64,000 nt of DNA from an uncultured Verrucomicrobiae bacterium. GTDB lineage: Bacteria; Verrucomicrobiota; Verrucomicrobiia; Palsa-1439. A model generated the notes under the pieces. The model had not been told where the DNA came from and did not search any database. It was given only the letters and a program-made list of their open reading frames with translations. The first letter of the stretch is position 1; the number at the start of each line of letters is the position of its first letter. The stretch is from assembly GCA_963812605.1 (NCBI GenBank), contig CAWEWF010000001.1, positions 512,001 to 576,000 on the forward strand, read 5' to 3'. The position numbers and the translations under genes are program-made. Of the stretch, positions 10,325 through 20,632 are shown piece after piece.

Positions 10325-11605
10325 ATGAGCAAGACGATGGACTGGTTACGGCGGCTGGCAACGTCTCCATTGCTGGACGTGGCGGCCATCCTGCTCGCGA
10401 TAGCGGTCGTTGTCCTCTGGGCCGTGGTACTCCCGTCGTGTTGGACCGATTTCGATTTTAACAACTTCTATGTGAGTGGCCGGATGTTGTTGGAGGGACA
10501 GAATCCCTACACGACCTCGCTGCGGGACATGAGCCAGACCCTCGGCTTCCGCTTCTTCGACGAAATTCCGATTGCCGGCTATCCGCCAAGCTTCCTGTAT
10601 GTTTTTGCAGCGCTCGCAACGCTGCCGCCACGGGTCGCGTTCATTGTCTGGCTGGCGCTGGAGATCGGTTGTTTGATCCTCCTGCTACAATTGACACACC
10701 GGTTATTGGGCGGACGATTGTCGGCCCGGGCCTGGCGGTTTGTCGTCGTGCTGACGATCATCTCACGAACCGTGAGCTACAGTCTTTTTTTTTCACAGGT
10801 GCAACTGATGCTGGCCGTTTTCGTTCTGGCCGCGTACGCGGCGCACCGTGGGGGCCGGCATGGCTGGGCGTGCCTGGCGGTTTCCGCCGCGGGAATGCTG
10901 AAGTTCTACCCATTTGTGTTACTGCCATGGTTCGTTTGGTTCGGCGGCGGCACTGTGCGAACGCGGGTGTACCGATTGCTGGGCGCCAGCGGATTTGCCC
11001 TCGTCATCTTTGTCCTGACCGGTCCCGGCCTTTGGCGCGATTTCCTGCAGCATGCGATACCCATGGCCAAGAAAGGCGTGATTGGGCGCACCTTTCATTT
11101 CTCGCTGGCGGCATTCATCACTAATTTGGGTTGCTGGTACCACGGTTTCAACCCGAGCCCGGAAGCGAACCGATGGTGGTTGCTCCTGGGAGCCTGGACC
11201 GGTTTGGCAGCGATCGCGGCCGCGTACGGCGTATGCCTGATGGGGGCGCGCGATCCCGAAGCGCAGTTTTGTCTGTTGTGTGTTGCGATGCTGATCGGAA
11301 CGCTCACTGTGGAAGGCCACTATTTTGTTTTCCTCGTGTTTCCGCTGGCGGTGATGGCAGCTCGCGTGGCGAAAGAACTCACAGTGGGCAAGGTAGTCTA
11401 TTTGCTATTGCTCGTGGTAGCGGTGAATCTCGTCGACCCACCAGACATCCCGCTTCTTTGGCGGCACCTGCTCTTGTACATTATTGTTAGCGACGCCCCG
11501 CTTTATGGACTCTTCGGATTAGCGTTTTTTTTCGGACGAGAACTGTGGATCCGGCGGGGATTGAGTGACGCGTCCATGTTGTCAGTAGAGGCGACGGGAC
11601 CATGA
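10325..11605 (+). CDS. Glycosyltransferase family 87 (DUF2029-like) GT-C protein
   Basis: DFNNFY...G.NPY, GYPPSF, LKFYPF, HYFVFL; polytopic. Confidence 0.8.
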   Translation: MSKTMDWLRRLATSPLLDVAAILLAIAVVVLWAVVLPSCWTDFDFNNFYVSGRMLLEGQNPYTTSLRDMSQTLGFRFFDEIPIAGYPPSFLYVFAALATLPPRVAFIVWLALEIGCLILLLQLTHRLLGGRLSARAWRFVVVLTIISRTVSYSLFFSQVQLMLAVFVLAAYAAHRGGRHGWACLAVSAAGMLKFYPFVLLPWFVWFGGGTVRTRVYRLLGASGFALVIFVLTGPGLWRDFLQHAIPMAKKGVIGRTFHFSLAAFITNLGCWYHGFNPSPEANRWWLLLGAWTGLAAIAAAYGVCLMGARDPEAQFCLLCVAMLIGTLTVEGHYFVFLVFPLAVMAARVAKELTVGKVVYLLLLVVAVNLVDPPDIPLLWRHLLLYIIVSDAPLYGLFGLAFFFGRELWIRRGLSDASMLSVEATGP

Positions 11606-13170
11606 ACGAGGCGTCCGTGCCATCCGGCGGGCGGCAGTTCTTGCGACAGGACTGGATTATCGCCCTTCTGATGTTCCTTGTCGCGTTGCTGCTGCGGATC
11701 CCGTTCCGCAGTCAAATGGCATACCACTGGGACAGTGCACAGTTCGCGCTGGCGATCAATCAATACGACATACGATTAAGCCAGCCGCATGCGCCGGGGT
11801 ACTTCCTGTATGTCATGTTGGGAAGGCTGGTGAACAATTTTGTGGGCGACCCGCACGCGAGCCTGGTGTGGATTAGCGTCGTTTTCGGAAGCGCACTGCC
11901 GGCGGTGGTGTATCGACTGGCGACGGAAATGTTCGGGCGAAAGGCTGGTGTGACAGCGGGATTATTGGCCCTAACGAGTCCACAACTGTGGTTCCATAGC
12001 TGCGTGGCCCTGACCTACTGCGTGGACAGTTTTCTGGTTTGCGCGGCGGTGTTGCTACTTTGGCGGGCGATGGCATCTGGCGGAAAATGGCGGGATGCGA
12101 TTGCCGTGGGAGCGTTGCTGGCGGTGATTGGCGGGGTTCGGCAACAGAGTGCGCTCGCCTTGCTTCCGCTGGTGGTGTTCGTGTTCTGGCGGTTCAAACG
12201 GGGGCGGGCAGCAAAATTGGCGTTGGCCGCCATGGTGGCAATCGGACTTGGAGTTCTCTGGTTCGTGCCGATGGTACGAATGTCCGGTGGATTACGAACT
12301 TACCTGGTCAGCGTGCGTCTGCAGGCGGCGAACGCTTCACCGCATCTTTTCCAGGGCGGGCGGGGCGCGCTTCTGCACAATGTGGCGGGCATCACCGGAT
12401 TCTGCTGGAACGGGTTGATCTTGGGGGCGGTGGTGTTGGTCGCGGCGCTGGTGTACCGAATGTTCCGAATGACTGCCGAACAAAAGAGTTCCTGGGACAG
12501 CCAGCACGCGCCGGGATTGGTGATCCTGGCATTGTGGATGGTCCCGTTCATCATTCTGGGGACGGTGGTCGTCACCAACCAACCGGGCCATGTCTTGAGT
12601 TATCTACCGGGATGGTTTGTGCTGGTGGGAGCCGTGGTGGGGAGCATGGAATCCAGATGGCGAAGGGCCGTGGTGATCGGTGCAGTCTGCACCGGGAATG
12701 TCGTGGCTTTTGCCGCCTGGCCGCCGCAATGGGACGGCGTTTTTTTCGGGATGGGGCGGACCGCGCGGGCCATCGCCGAGCATGACGCGCAGTTGTCGCA
12801 AATGGTGGAGAGTATCCGTCGATCGTATTCGCCGGAGAGCGTCATCCTCTGTTTTTCGGAGGAATATTATTTGTGCGGCCTGCGGCACTTCCAGCTTTAC
12901 CTGCCCGAGTATGAGCAATACCAATTCGCGGTCGATGGAACGACCTGGTATCCACCGGGCAGGCCGATGTGGCTGGTGCGCGGCGGGCATCTTGAGTTCG
13001 TCGACAAGCTCGACATCGACGGCAAGAAGGGCCTGGTGTTGGTGGTGCCGCCGGGGGAGAAGGTCGGCATCTTCACCCCGTACTTGTCGCTTGCGGGCGC
13101 GGAGGTTTTGCCGCAGAGTGAGGGCGATCTGTATTTCATTCCTGCGGAGTCGGTTAAGTTATTACGGTAA
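11602..13170 (+). CDS. DUF2723/TMEM260-like GT-C glycosyltransferase
   Basis: WDSAQFALA...QPHAPGYFLY resembles the DUF2723 wDsgef...HPPGyPly signature; ATGA overlap with the GT87 gene. Confidence 0.68.
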   Translation: MNEASVPSGGRQFLRQDWIIALLMFLVALLLRIPFRSQMAYHWDSAQFALAINQYDIRLSQPHAPGYFLYVMLGRLVNNFVGDPHASLVWISVVFGSALPAVVYRLATEMFGRKAGVTAGLLALTSPQLWFHSCVALTYCVDSFLVCAAVLLLWRAMASGGKWRDAIAVGALLAVIGGVRQQSALALLPLVVFVFWRFKRGRAAKLALAAMVAIGLGVLWFVPMVRMSGGLRTYLVSVRLQAANASPHLFQGGRGALLHNVAGITGFCWNGLILGAVVLVAALVYRMFRMTAEQKSSWDSQHAPGLVILALWMVPFIILGTVVVTNQPGHVLSYLPGWFVLVGAVVGSMESRWRRAVVIGAVCTGNVVAFAAWPPQWDGVFFGMGRTARAIAEHDAQLSQMVESIRRSYSPESVILCFSEEYYLCGLRHFQLYLPEYEQYQFAVDGTTWYPPGRPMWLVRGGHLEFVDKLDIDGKKGLVLVVPPGEKVGIFTPYLSLAGAEVLPQSEGDLYFIPAESVKLLR

Positions 13171-13190
13171 TCGGTTGGGAAGAGGCAACC

Positions 13191-14806
13191 ATGGCCCGTT
13201 GAGAGCTGAAGAAGGTAAATCGGGGGGGACCGTCGGGGCGATAGCGTTGGGGCGAAGTGATTACGGGATAGCGCTGGCACTGTTCGTGGTCGCGCTCGCG
13301 CTTCGCGTCCCATTCCGCAGCCAATTTGCGTACTACTGGGACAGCGCGCAGTTTGCGCTGGCGGTTGGGGAGTACAACATTCGCATCAGCCAGCCGCATG
13401 TACCGGGTTTCTACTTGTACATACTGGCGGGCCGGCTGATGAACCTGTTCGTGGGCGAACCGCATGCGGCGTTGGTATGGCTGAGCGTCTTCGCCGGGGC
13501 GTGGTTGGTTTCCGTGGGATACCTGCTCGCGACGTTGATGTTTGGGCGCAATTGCGGCTGGGGAACGGGGTTAATCCTGCTGACCAGCCCGTTAACCTGG
13601 TTTCACAGCGAAATCGCGTTGACGACCATTTTGGACAGCGCCCTGGTGGTGAGTTTCGTGTTCGTGTGCTGGCGGGCCATCGAACGGAACGTGACGTGGT
13701 TCCAAACGATTGTGCTGGCGGCCTTGCTGGCCGCCGCGGGGGGCATTCGCCAGCAAACCGCGCCCCTGCTGGTTCCGTTGTGGATCTACGTATTCTGGGG
13801 TTTTGCGCAGCCACGCGCGCGGAAGTTCTTCTGCGCGACAGTGTTGGCGGCTGGTCTCTCCCTTCTTTGGTTCCTGCCAATGCTGAAATCAGCCGGTGGC
13901 CTGAGTGGGTACCTGGATTTGCTGCGCTTGAAATGCCAGTTTGACAGATCGCGGATTGCCTGGGCCGGCGGGGGTGTGTTCGCTCTTTTCATGGATGTTT
14001 ACTGCATGGGGAGAGCCCTGTGGGTGGGACTATGGATCGCGGCGATCCTACCGTTGATGGAGCTCGCGCATTGGGTGTTTTACGAGAAAGGGGCGGGGGT
14101 TGTTGATTCCTATCGGGCGAACGGCAGGCAATTATGTGTGCTCGGGCTGTGGATTGCGCCGATGTTGCTCTTTGGCCTGCTCATGTACGTCGAAAGGCCA
14201 GGACATGCGCTCAATCTTTTCCCAGCCGTTGTGATCCTGGCAAGTCTTGGATTGGTCAGGTTTTCACGGCAACTGGTAATCGCGAGGTCATGGGGCCTGT
14301 ATGTCGTGTTCGCGATTGTCGTGGCCGTGAATGCAGCGCTGTTCCTGTTCGCGCCCCCGTTGGTAACACGGCTGTCACTGGGGTTGCGCCTCTCAGCGAG
14401 GGAGATCCAAGAGCATGATACCGATTTGCAGGCATGCTTCCGCGTTATCCGACAGAATTGGCCAGCCAAGAATGTTATTGTGTACCACTGGTATGAGGAT
14501 TTCTTCTGGGGGTTTCGCCAGTTTCAGTATCATCTACCGGAGTACCGGAATGTGCTTCTAAGGCCGGATGCCTCTCTGCCGCGTCCGCTGGGGGGAATGG
14601 CGTGGATCGGGTACGAGAGACGGACCGCTTTTGTCGATGTCACTTCGATCCCACAAGAGCAGGATATACTTCAAAAGGAGGACATACTTCTCGTCGTGCC
14701 CCCCGGTGAGTCCGTAGAGATGTTTCGGTCGACCGTCAAATTGGGGACCGAAGTCCTACTGCTGGAATCTGGGGTGAAATTATATGTTCTGCACTTACGC
14801 CCTTGA
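13191..14806 (+). CDS. Second DUF2723/TMEM260-like GT-C glycosyltransferase (tandem paralog)
   Basis: WDSAQFALAVGEYNIRISQPHVPGFYLY, GGIRQQ, GFRQFQYHLPEY shared with the upstream gene. Start is either ATG 13191 (needs a 1-nt indel) or in-frame TTG 13199. Confidence 0.68.
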
Positions 14807-14878
14807 GAGACAGGGACTTGATGGCGGAGTTCGGCTCCCAAGAGAGCGAAAATGCATTTCTTAAAGATGACAAAAAAG

Positions 14879-14916
14879 TGTCCAGTAGTTGAACAGTATG
14901 TCCAGACGATTGGGCA
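14879..14916 (+). promoter_or_regulatory. Tandem candidate enhancer (UAS) sites for a sigma-54 activator
   Basis: TGTCCAGTAGTTGAACA (14879) and TGTCCAGACGATTGGGCA (14899): TGT-N11/12-RCA dyads 20 bp apart, 145-180 bp upstream of a -24/-12 element. Confidence 0.45.
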
Positions 14917-15060
14917 AGAATGATGAAGCTGCGCAAAAATGAACCGTGTCGTTTGCCGGGCATGATTTATTCGTGGCGACAGTTAAAAGATTTACGGATA
15001 GCGGCTTGCAGATGCGAGGACGCACTGAGGCGGGACTTTATGGAGTCCAGAGGGTGAGGG

Positions 15061-15075
15061 TGGCACGTAAGCTGC
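15061..15075 (+). promoter_or_regulatory. Sigma-54 (-24/-12) promoter of flp
   Basis: TGGCACGTAAGCTGC versus consensus TGGCACGNNNNTTGC: one mismatch, correct GG-GC spacing. Confidence 0.7.
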
Positions 15076-15154
15076 GACTGTATTTTCTCGTATAAACGTG
15101 AGTCTGTTGGATCGTTGAGCAATACGAAAAAGCCAGATGAAGGAGGTGAATGAG

Positions 15155-15328
15155 ATGAAGAGAACTCTCCGAAAAATGTATCGCGGGCTGAAGTCGCGGA
15201 AGGGCCAGAGCTTGGTCGAATACGCGCTTATCCTGGCTCTCATCGCCGTCGTGGCGATCTTGGTGCTAAAGGGCCTTGGCGGTAAGGTCAACAACACCTT
15301 GTCGTCTGTGAATGCGAACTTGCCATAA
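15155..15328 (+). CDS. flp: Flp family type IVb/c pilin
   Basis: Basic leader, G|QSLVEY Flp motif, hydrophobic helix, strong RBS AAGGAGGTG. Confidence 0.95.
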   Translation: MKRTLRKMYRGLKSRKGQSLVEYALILALIAVVAILVLKGLGGKVNNTLSSVNANLP

Positions 15329-15356
15329 ATTGGCAAAATATTAACCATGTCCAAGC

Positions 15357-15388
15357 AGGGGTGAAGAGGCTTCCGTCTCTTCACCCCT
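15357..15388 (+). terminator. Stem-loop after flp (terminator or mRNA stabiliser)
   Basis: 14-bp stem AGGGGTGAAGAGGC-TTCC-GTCTCTTCACCCCT; weak U-tract. Confidence 0.7.
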
Positions 15389-15539
15389 TCGGTCTTCCCA
15401 CTAAAATGTGTTTGCAGACAGTTGTTCGGCGGTGCTGGCGGGGGGAAAAACCCTCTGACCAGCGGCAATTTTCCACCCATCAGGAAGGACGGAACCCCAA
15501 TTATCTTTCTCAATTTTGATGTTGCAATTCTTTTCAACA

Positions 15540-15554
15540 GGGCACAGCATCTGC
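15540..15554 (+). promoter_or_regulatory. Second sigma-54-like promoter, upstream of cpaB
   Basis: GGGCACAGCATCTGC, the same GGCAC-N5-CTGC pattern as the flp promoter. Confidence 0.5.
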
Positions 15555-15590
15555 TTGCCTTAGCATGCAAAGTCGAACAAGGAGGACTCA

Positions 15591-16428
15591 ATGGCTAAGA
15601 AATCTGGTGCAGGTGGAATCATTTTGGCCGCCGTCGTCGCGGCAACAGTCGCTGTCTATTTGGTCTGGAATATGTGGCGGCAGGAAGAGCTGCAGTCCGC
15701 AAAGCACTGGACTGAAGTGGTTGCCGCGCAACAGGACATACCGGCACGCACCAAAATAACACGTGAAATGGTCACTTTGACCCGCTACCCGAAGGAGCTC
15801 GTCATCGACGGCGCCATCCGAAATCCCAAGGATGTGGACGGGCATACCACGCTGGTAAGGATCAAGGCCAAGGAACAAATTCGGACATCGGATATTCTGG
15901 GGGAGGGACAGGCTCCGGGCCTGGCGTACGACATCCCGCCCGGTATGCGCGCCATCGCCATCGGCGCCGGCGAAGTCATGGCCGTGGGTTCGACCGTGAA
16001 ACCCGGCGACCGCGTTGACATTTTGGCCACCTATACGGACCCGGTGGCGCATCAGGAAACCACGCAGATGATCCTGCAGAACGTGCTCGTGCTCGCCGTC
16101 AACCAGGGCGAGACCGATCAGCAGGGCAAGTCAGGCGCCAAGAGTTCGATGACGCTGGCGGTAAAACCGGAAGAAGCCGAGTTGCTGACGGCGGCGGACC
16201 GCGCCGGTGCGCTGCGTGTGGCCTTGCGCGGCCTCAACGAGAAAGCCGTGATAACGACCGCAGGGCGTTGGCACGCGGGATTTCCAGGGCAAGAACACCC
16301 TCACGTTCTCGACGACGCCTCCCGACCCGCAGAGATCGACACCGATCATTATCAGCCCGCCGCGGAACCAACGGCCGGAACTCGTGATTGTCAGGGGCAT
16401 ACAAGAGACAACCGTACCGCAGCAATAG
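15591..16428 (+). CDS. cpaB: Flp pilus assembly protein CpaB/RcpC (frameshift near 16263)
   Basis: SAF-like VVAAQQDIPART, IPPGMRAIAI, VKPGDRVDIL, ILQNVLVLA; the corrected frame ends ELVIVRG...TAG at 16428. Confidence 0.9.
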
Positions 16429-16471
16429 TCGCGAAGTACAGGAATTCGAAAAAGGAAAGGACAGCGTATAA

Positions 16472-18016
16472 ATGAAGAAGATGCAATGGAGGGGAATGGG
16501 GATTGTAGTTGCACTGTTAGCCATGGGGCTATTCGCAGTTTCCGACATCCGTGCGGACCAGCAAACGATTCAGGTGAGTGTCGGCCAAGCGGTTGCGGTT
16601 CCGAGCGAGAATGTTTCGAAAATTGCCCTCGCCGACCCGTCCATCGCGGACGTCGTAAACCTGTCCGACAAGGAACTTAGCGTCATCGGCAAGAAAGCCG
16701 GTATCACCACGCTGACGATCGTCAAGAGTGATGGCTCGGCAACCCAGATGTACCGCATTGAAGTCGGCAACGACGCCGTCGCGGATACCATCCGCCAGAT
16801 GATCGGGAACACCAACGTCACCGTCCATGCCATTGGCGATGCGCTGGTGCTCGACGGCAAAGTGAACGACGAAATCGAAGCGCAGCGCGCTGCGGCAATC
16901 GCCGGCGCCTACAAGCCGCAGGTCGTCAATCTTTTGGAAGTCTCGAAGCCCCGCCAGATCAAAATTCGTATCCGCATCGCGGAAGTAAATACGGAGGCGA
17001 TCAAGAATATCGGCTTCCAATGGTTTGGACCGCAGGGCCAGGTCCAGTACGCCATGCAGTATCTTGGTGGCGGCTCGATTGTAAACGGATTTGTCCCGAC
17101 CGCCAGCGAGTTTGGCACGGAAGGAACAACGTTCAGTCCGACCACCGTGTCAATGACCCTGCTCCTGGATATGTTGATCACCAAGAGCTATGCGCGGCTT
17201 CTTTCGGAACCCACCTTGGTGACCTTCAGCGGGAAGGAAGCGAGTTTCCTTGTGGGTGAAGAGATTCCCATCGTTCAGCAATTGCCGCAGTCGTTCACGG
17301 TGGAATTCAAGGAAGTCGGCGTGCGCATGAAGATCAAACCCACGTCCGACAGTGAAAACCGGATCAATACAACCATTCACGCGGAAGTTAGTCAGGTGAT
17401 TGGCACCGGCGCGAATGGTATTCCGATTATCGGCGCCAAGACGGCCGATACGACGCTGCAAGCCAGCGATGGGCAGACCATCGTGATTGGTGGTTTGCTG
17501 GAAAACAACGTGGATCGCGACATATTGCGGAAGCTCCCCTGGCTGGCGGAAATCCCGGTCATTGGGGCGCTGTTTCGTGACAAGCAGTTCGACCAGACCA
17601 AGCGCGAAGTTCTGTTTTTCATGACACCGGAAGTGGTCAAGGACGTCGATATGGATACTGCCAATGCCGCAAAGACGCCCGGAATGCAACATTGGGTCAC
17701 GACGTGGAACAAGGGGAAGATGATTCTGCCGCCGGATAAGAAGGACGACTGGGGCTTGCACAATCCTCAGCATATGGGCTTCCCCGTGCAGGACGAGGAT
17801 TCTACAAAGCCGGCCAAGCGGTCCAAGCCAACGGCTTCTACGGCCCCGGCCCCCGCCGCGAAGCCCGCGCCGGCGGCGAAGCCGGCGGCTGCGGCTCCCT
17901 CGGTCGTAACGCCAGCCGTTACGGCCCCACCGACGGCGACCACGCCCCCACCGGCGGCTGGGACTGCGCCTCAGGAGCCATCCACAAACTATTCTCCGTC
18001 CCGCCCGGCGGAGTGA
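16472..18016 (+). CDS. cpaC: Tad secretin CpaC/RcpA with Pro/Ala/Thr-rich C-terminal tail
   Basis: Signal peptide, IALADPSIADV, BON-like segment, LSEPTLVTFSGKEASFLVG, KLPWLAEIPVIGALF. Confidence 0.92.
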   Translation: MKKMQWRGMGIVVALLAMGLFAVSDIRADQQTIQVSVGQAVAVPSENVSKIALADPSIADVVNLSDKELSVIGKKAGITTLTIVKSDGSATQMYRIEVGNDAVADTIRQMIGNTNVTVHAIGDALVLDGKVNDEIEAQRAAAIAGAYKPQVVNLLEVSKPRQIKIRIRIAEVNTEAIKNIGFQWFGPQGQVQYAMQYLGGGSIVNGFVPTASEFGTEGTTFSPTTVSMTLLLDMLITKSYARLLSEPTLVTFSGKEASFLVGEEIPIVQQLPQSFTVEFKEVGVRMKIKPTSDSENRINTTIHAEVSQVIGTGANGIPIIGAKTADTTLQASDGQTIVIGGLLENNVDRDILRKLPWLAEIPVIGALFRDKQFDQTKREVLFFMTPEVVKDVDMDTANAAKTPGMQHWVTTWNKGKMILPPDKKDDWGLHNPQHMGFPVQDEDSTKPAKRSKPTASTAPAPAAKPAPAAKPAAAAPSVVTPAVTAPPTATTPPPAAGTAPQEPSTNYSPSRPAE

Positions 18017-18087
18017 TGGCCATGACGCTGGTGTTTGCCGGTATCGAAATTGCTAGGTAGTAGACTGGCAAAACCGATGTAAGAATT

Positions 18088-19302
18088 ATGGATCGTATCA
18101 CCGTCATCATTGCGGAAAATGAGCTCAGCGAGCGCGAGAAGCTGAAGGGCCAGCTTGCCAATGAGCAGCGCATCGAGGTCATCGGAGAAGCGCGCGACGG
18201 GAAAGAGTGCCTGGAGCTCGTCAAGAAGCAGCGGCCGGCAGTTGTCCTTATCAAGGAAGATCTGCCGGTGGTCAACGGGCTGGCGGTCGCCGAGCAGATC
18301 ACGTCGGAAATGCCCGAAGTGGGCGTGATCCTCATACTGACGGGTTCGGAAGGCCAGGAAGTCTGGCACAAGATGCTTCGCGCCGGTATCAAGGAGTTTC
18401 TTACCCGTCCATTTCCGGACGATCGGCTTCTCGAAGAAGTGCGCAAAGTTCACGGCATCCAGTCCAAGGCGGCGAAACACGCGGCGACGGTGGTTCCCGC
18501 AAAACCCGTCGAGCCCGAAGGCCCAAAACGACGAGTCATCACCGTCACCGGTCCGCGCGGTGGCTGCGGCAAGACAATCATTGCGGCCAATCTCGCGGTG
18601 GCCCTGGCTGGTGTGAGCGAAAAGGTGGCCTTGGTCGACCTGAACCTCTGGGGCGGCGATGTCGCCATGCTCCTGGATGTTGCGCCGAAGCGCACCTTGG
18701 GCGATCTGTTGCCGGGTTTTGGCGGCATCGACTATGATGTGGTTGATAGCGTCATGTCCAAGCACGCGTCGGGGGTCTCGGTGTTGGCCGCGCCGTTGAC
18801 GGGTACATTCGATGGCTCGACGCTCTCCCGTTACATGGTGCAAAGCATCCTCGAAGCCCTGCGCGAGAATTACGAATACACGATCATCGATACCGGCTAC
18901 GCCAATTTGGAGTCCACTCTCGCCGCGATGGATTATTCAGACCTGATCCTCGTGGTGGTGGGCATGGATCTGCCGCGATTGCGCGATGGGAAGCTTTACT
19001 TGAAGAATTTGCTGGCCGCCAATTACCCGAAGGAGAAAATCCGGGTCATTGTCAATCGCTCCACCAATTCGAAGGAAATCTCCTCGTCCGAGGTCGAGAC
19101 GATCCTGGAGTTTCCGGTGACGACGCAGGTTCCGAGCGACGATGCCCTGGTGGGTTCATCGGTGAACCTCGGGCAGGCCTTTGTCAGTTCCAGCCCCGGC
19201 AAGCCGGTGTCCAGGGCGATCCTGGGCCTGGCGGAAATGGTGTCGCCGCTGGCCACGAGCGTGAAGAAACGCTCCGGGAAATGGTTTTCGTTTATACAAT
19301 GA
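18088..19302 (+). CDS. cpaE: CpaE/TadZ: receiver-like domain plus MinD/ParA-type ATPase
   Basis: N-terminal REC-like domain; deviant P-loop GPRGGCGKT; LVDLNL; IIDTG. Confidence 0.88.
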   Translation: MDRITVIIAENELSEREKLKGQLANEQRIEVIGEARDGKECLELVKKQRPAVVLIKEDLPVVNGLAVAEQITSEMPEVGVILILTGSEGQEVWHKMLRAGIKEFLTRPFPDDRLLEEVRKVHGIQSKAAKHAATVVPAKPVEPEGPKRRVITVTGPRGGCGKTIIAANLAVALAGVSEKVALVDLNLWGGDVAMLLDVAPKRTLGDLLPGFGGIDYDVVDSVMSKHASGVSVLAAPLTGTFDGSTLSRYMVQSILEALRENYEYTIIDTGYANLESTLAAMDYSDLILVVVGMDLPRLRDGKLYLKNLLAANYPKEKIRVIVNRSTNSKEISSSEVETILEFPVTTQVPSDDALVGSSVNLGQAFVSSSPGKPVSRAILGLAEMVSPLATSVKKRSGKWFSFIQ

Positions 19303-19332
19303 ATGTGAGCGAGGAGGAGGTGCAGCGAATTT

Positions 19333-20631
19333 ATGGCGAACACTCCGGAAATCAGCACACAATTATATCTTGAGTCCAAAAACGCCATCCTGGCGTATTT
19401 GATCCAGAATATTGACCAGAAACTTCTCGAAAAAGGCGACGAGGCGCTGCTGCGACGTCGTGTCGAGGAATTGGTCGAGGAGAAACTTCGCTCCGAAAAA
19501 CTGCCCTTCTCGCGCCAGATGCGCAATCGGTTGGTCTCCGACATGGCCGACGAAATTCTGGGTTTCGGGCCCATCGAACCGTTGCTGCGCGACCCCACCG
19601 TCACCGAAGTCATGGTCAACCGTCCCGATCAGGTGTATTGCGAGCGCTTTGGCAAACTCGAATTGACAGACATCCAATTTCGTGACCTCCAACATATTCG
19701 TCACGTCATCGACAAAATTGTCACCCCGCTGGGCCGGCGCGTGGATGAATCCAGCCCGATGGTGGATGCCCGCCTGCCCGACGGCTCGCGCGTGAACGCC
19801 ATCATCTCGCCGTTGTCGCTCAACGGTCCGGTGCTCACGATTCGTAAGTTTTCCGTTGACCCGTATACCGTGGAAGATCTGATCGGGTTTGGCACACTGA
19901 CCCAGGGCATGGCGGCGTTTCTGGCTGCGTGCGTGAAGGTCAAACTCAACGTGCTGGTTTCGGGCGGTTCTGGCGCGGGCAAGACGACGCTGCTCAATGT
20001 GTTGTCGTCCTTCATTCCCGAAGGCGAGCGCGTGGTCACCGTCGAGGACGCGGCGGAATTGAAGCTCCACCAGCCCCACGTCGTGCGGCTTGAGTCGCGT
20101 CCGCCCAATATCGAGGGCAAGGGCGAGATCAAAATTCGCGACCTTGTCCGCAATTGCCTGCGTATGCGTCCCGACCGCATTGTGGTCGGCGAAGTGCGTG
20201 GCGGTGAGGCGCTCGATATGTTGCAAGCGATGAACACCGGCCATGAAGGCTCCATTTCAACGGTCCACTCCAACACGCCACGTGACGCGCTGGCCCGCCT
20301 GGAGACGATGGTGATGATGTCCGGCATGGACTTGCCCTCGCGCGCTATTCGCGAGCAGATTGCCGCGGCGGTCCATCTGATCGTCCAGATCGGTCGCTTG
20401 AGCGACGGCAGCCGCAAGGTCATCAGCGTGACCGAAATCCAGGGAATGGAAGGCAACGTAATCGTCCTGCAGGACCTGTTCTCCTTCCAGCAGAAGGGTG
20501 TCGGCGAAGGCGGCAAGGTGCTGGGAACGATGCAGGCCACGGGGATGGTGCCGAAATTCATTGACCGCTTCAATGCGGCGAGCATCCATTTGCCCGCGGA
20601 GATCTTTAAGAGAACGAGCGAGGTTCGCTAA
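19333..20631 (+). CDS. cpaF: Tad pilus assembly ATPase CpaF/TadA
   Basis: SGGSGAGKTT, VEDAAEL, LRMRPDRIVVGEVRG, AMNTGHEGS. Confidence 0.96.
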   Translation: MANTPEISTQLYLESKNAILAYLIQNIDQKLLEKGDEALLRRRVEELVEEKLRSEKLPFSRQMRNRLVSDMADEILGFGPIEPLLRDPTVTEVMVNRPDQVYCERFGKLELTDIQFRDLQHIRHVIDKIVTPLGRRVDESSPMVDARLPDGSRVNAIISPLSLNGPVLTIRKFSVDPYTVEDLIGFGTLTQGMAAFLAACVKVKLNVLVSGGSGAGKTTLLNVLSSFIPEGERVVTVEDAAELKLHQPHVVRLESRPPNIEGKGEIKIRDLVRNCLRMRPDRIVVGEVRGGEALDMLQAMNTGHEGSISTVHSNTPRDALARLETMVMMSGMDLPSRAIREQIAAAVHLIVQIGRLSDGSRKVISVTEIQGMEGNVIVLQDLFSFQQKGVGEGGKVLGTMQATGMVPKFIDRFNAASIHLPAEIFKRTSEVR

Positions 20632-20632
20632 C

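Noticed and set aside
12680-13190. N-terminal extension making a 708-aa GT
   Set aside because: It overlaps the upstream paralog out of frame; similarity between the paralogs starts only near 13250.
14960-15150. c-di-GMP riboswitch upstream of flp
   Set aside because: No GEMM-type GGCAAAC/GAAA-tetraloop/GACGCAAAGC pattern; the region is better explained by sigma-54 elements.
17840-17970. GC-rich short repeats as a CRISPR or VNTR array
   Set aside because: They are in-frame PAAKP/TAP codons of the secretin tail, without constant repeats and unique spacers. No CRISPR array or cas gene is seen in the window.
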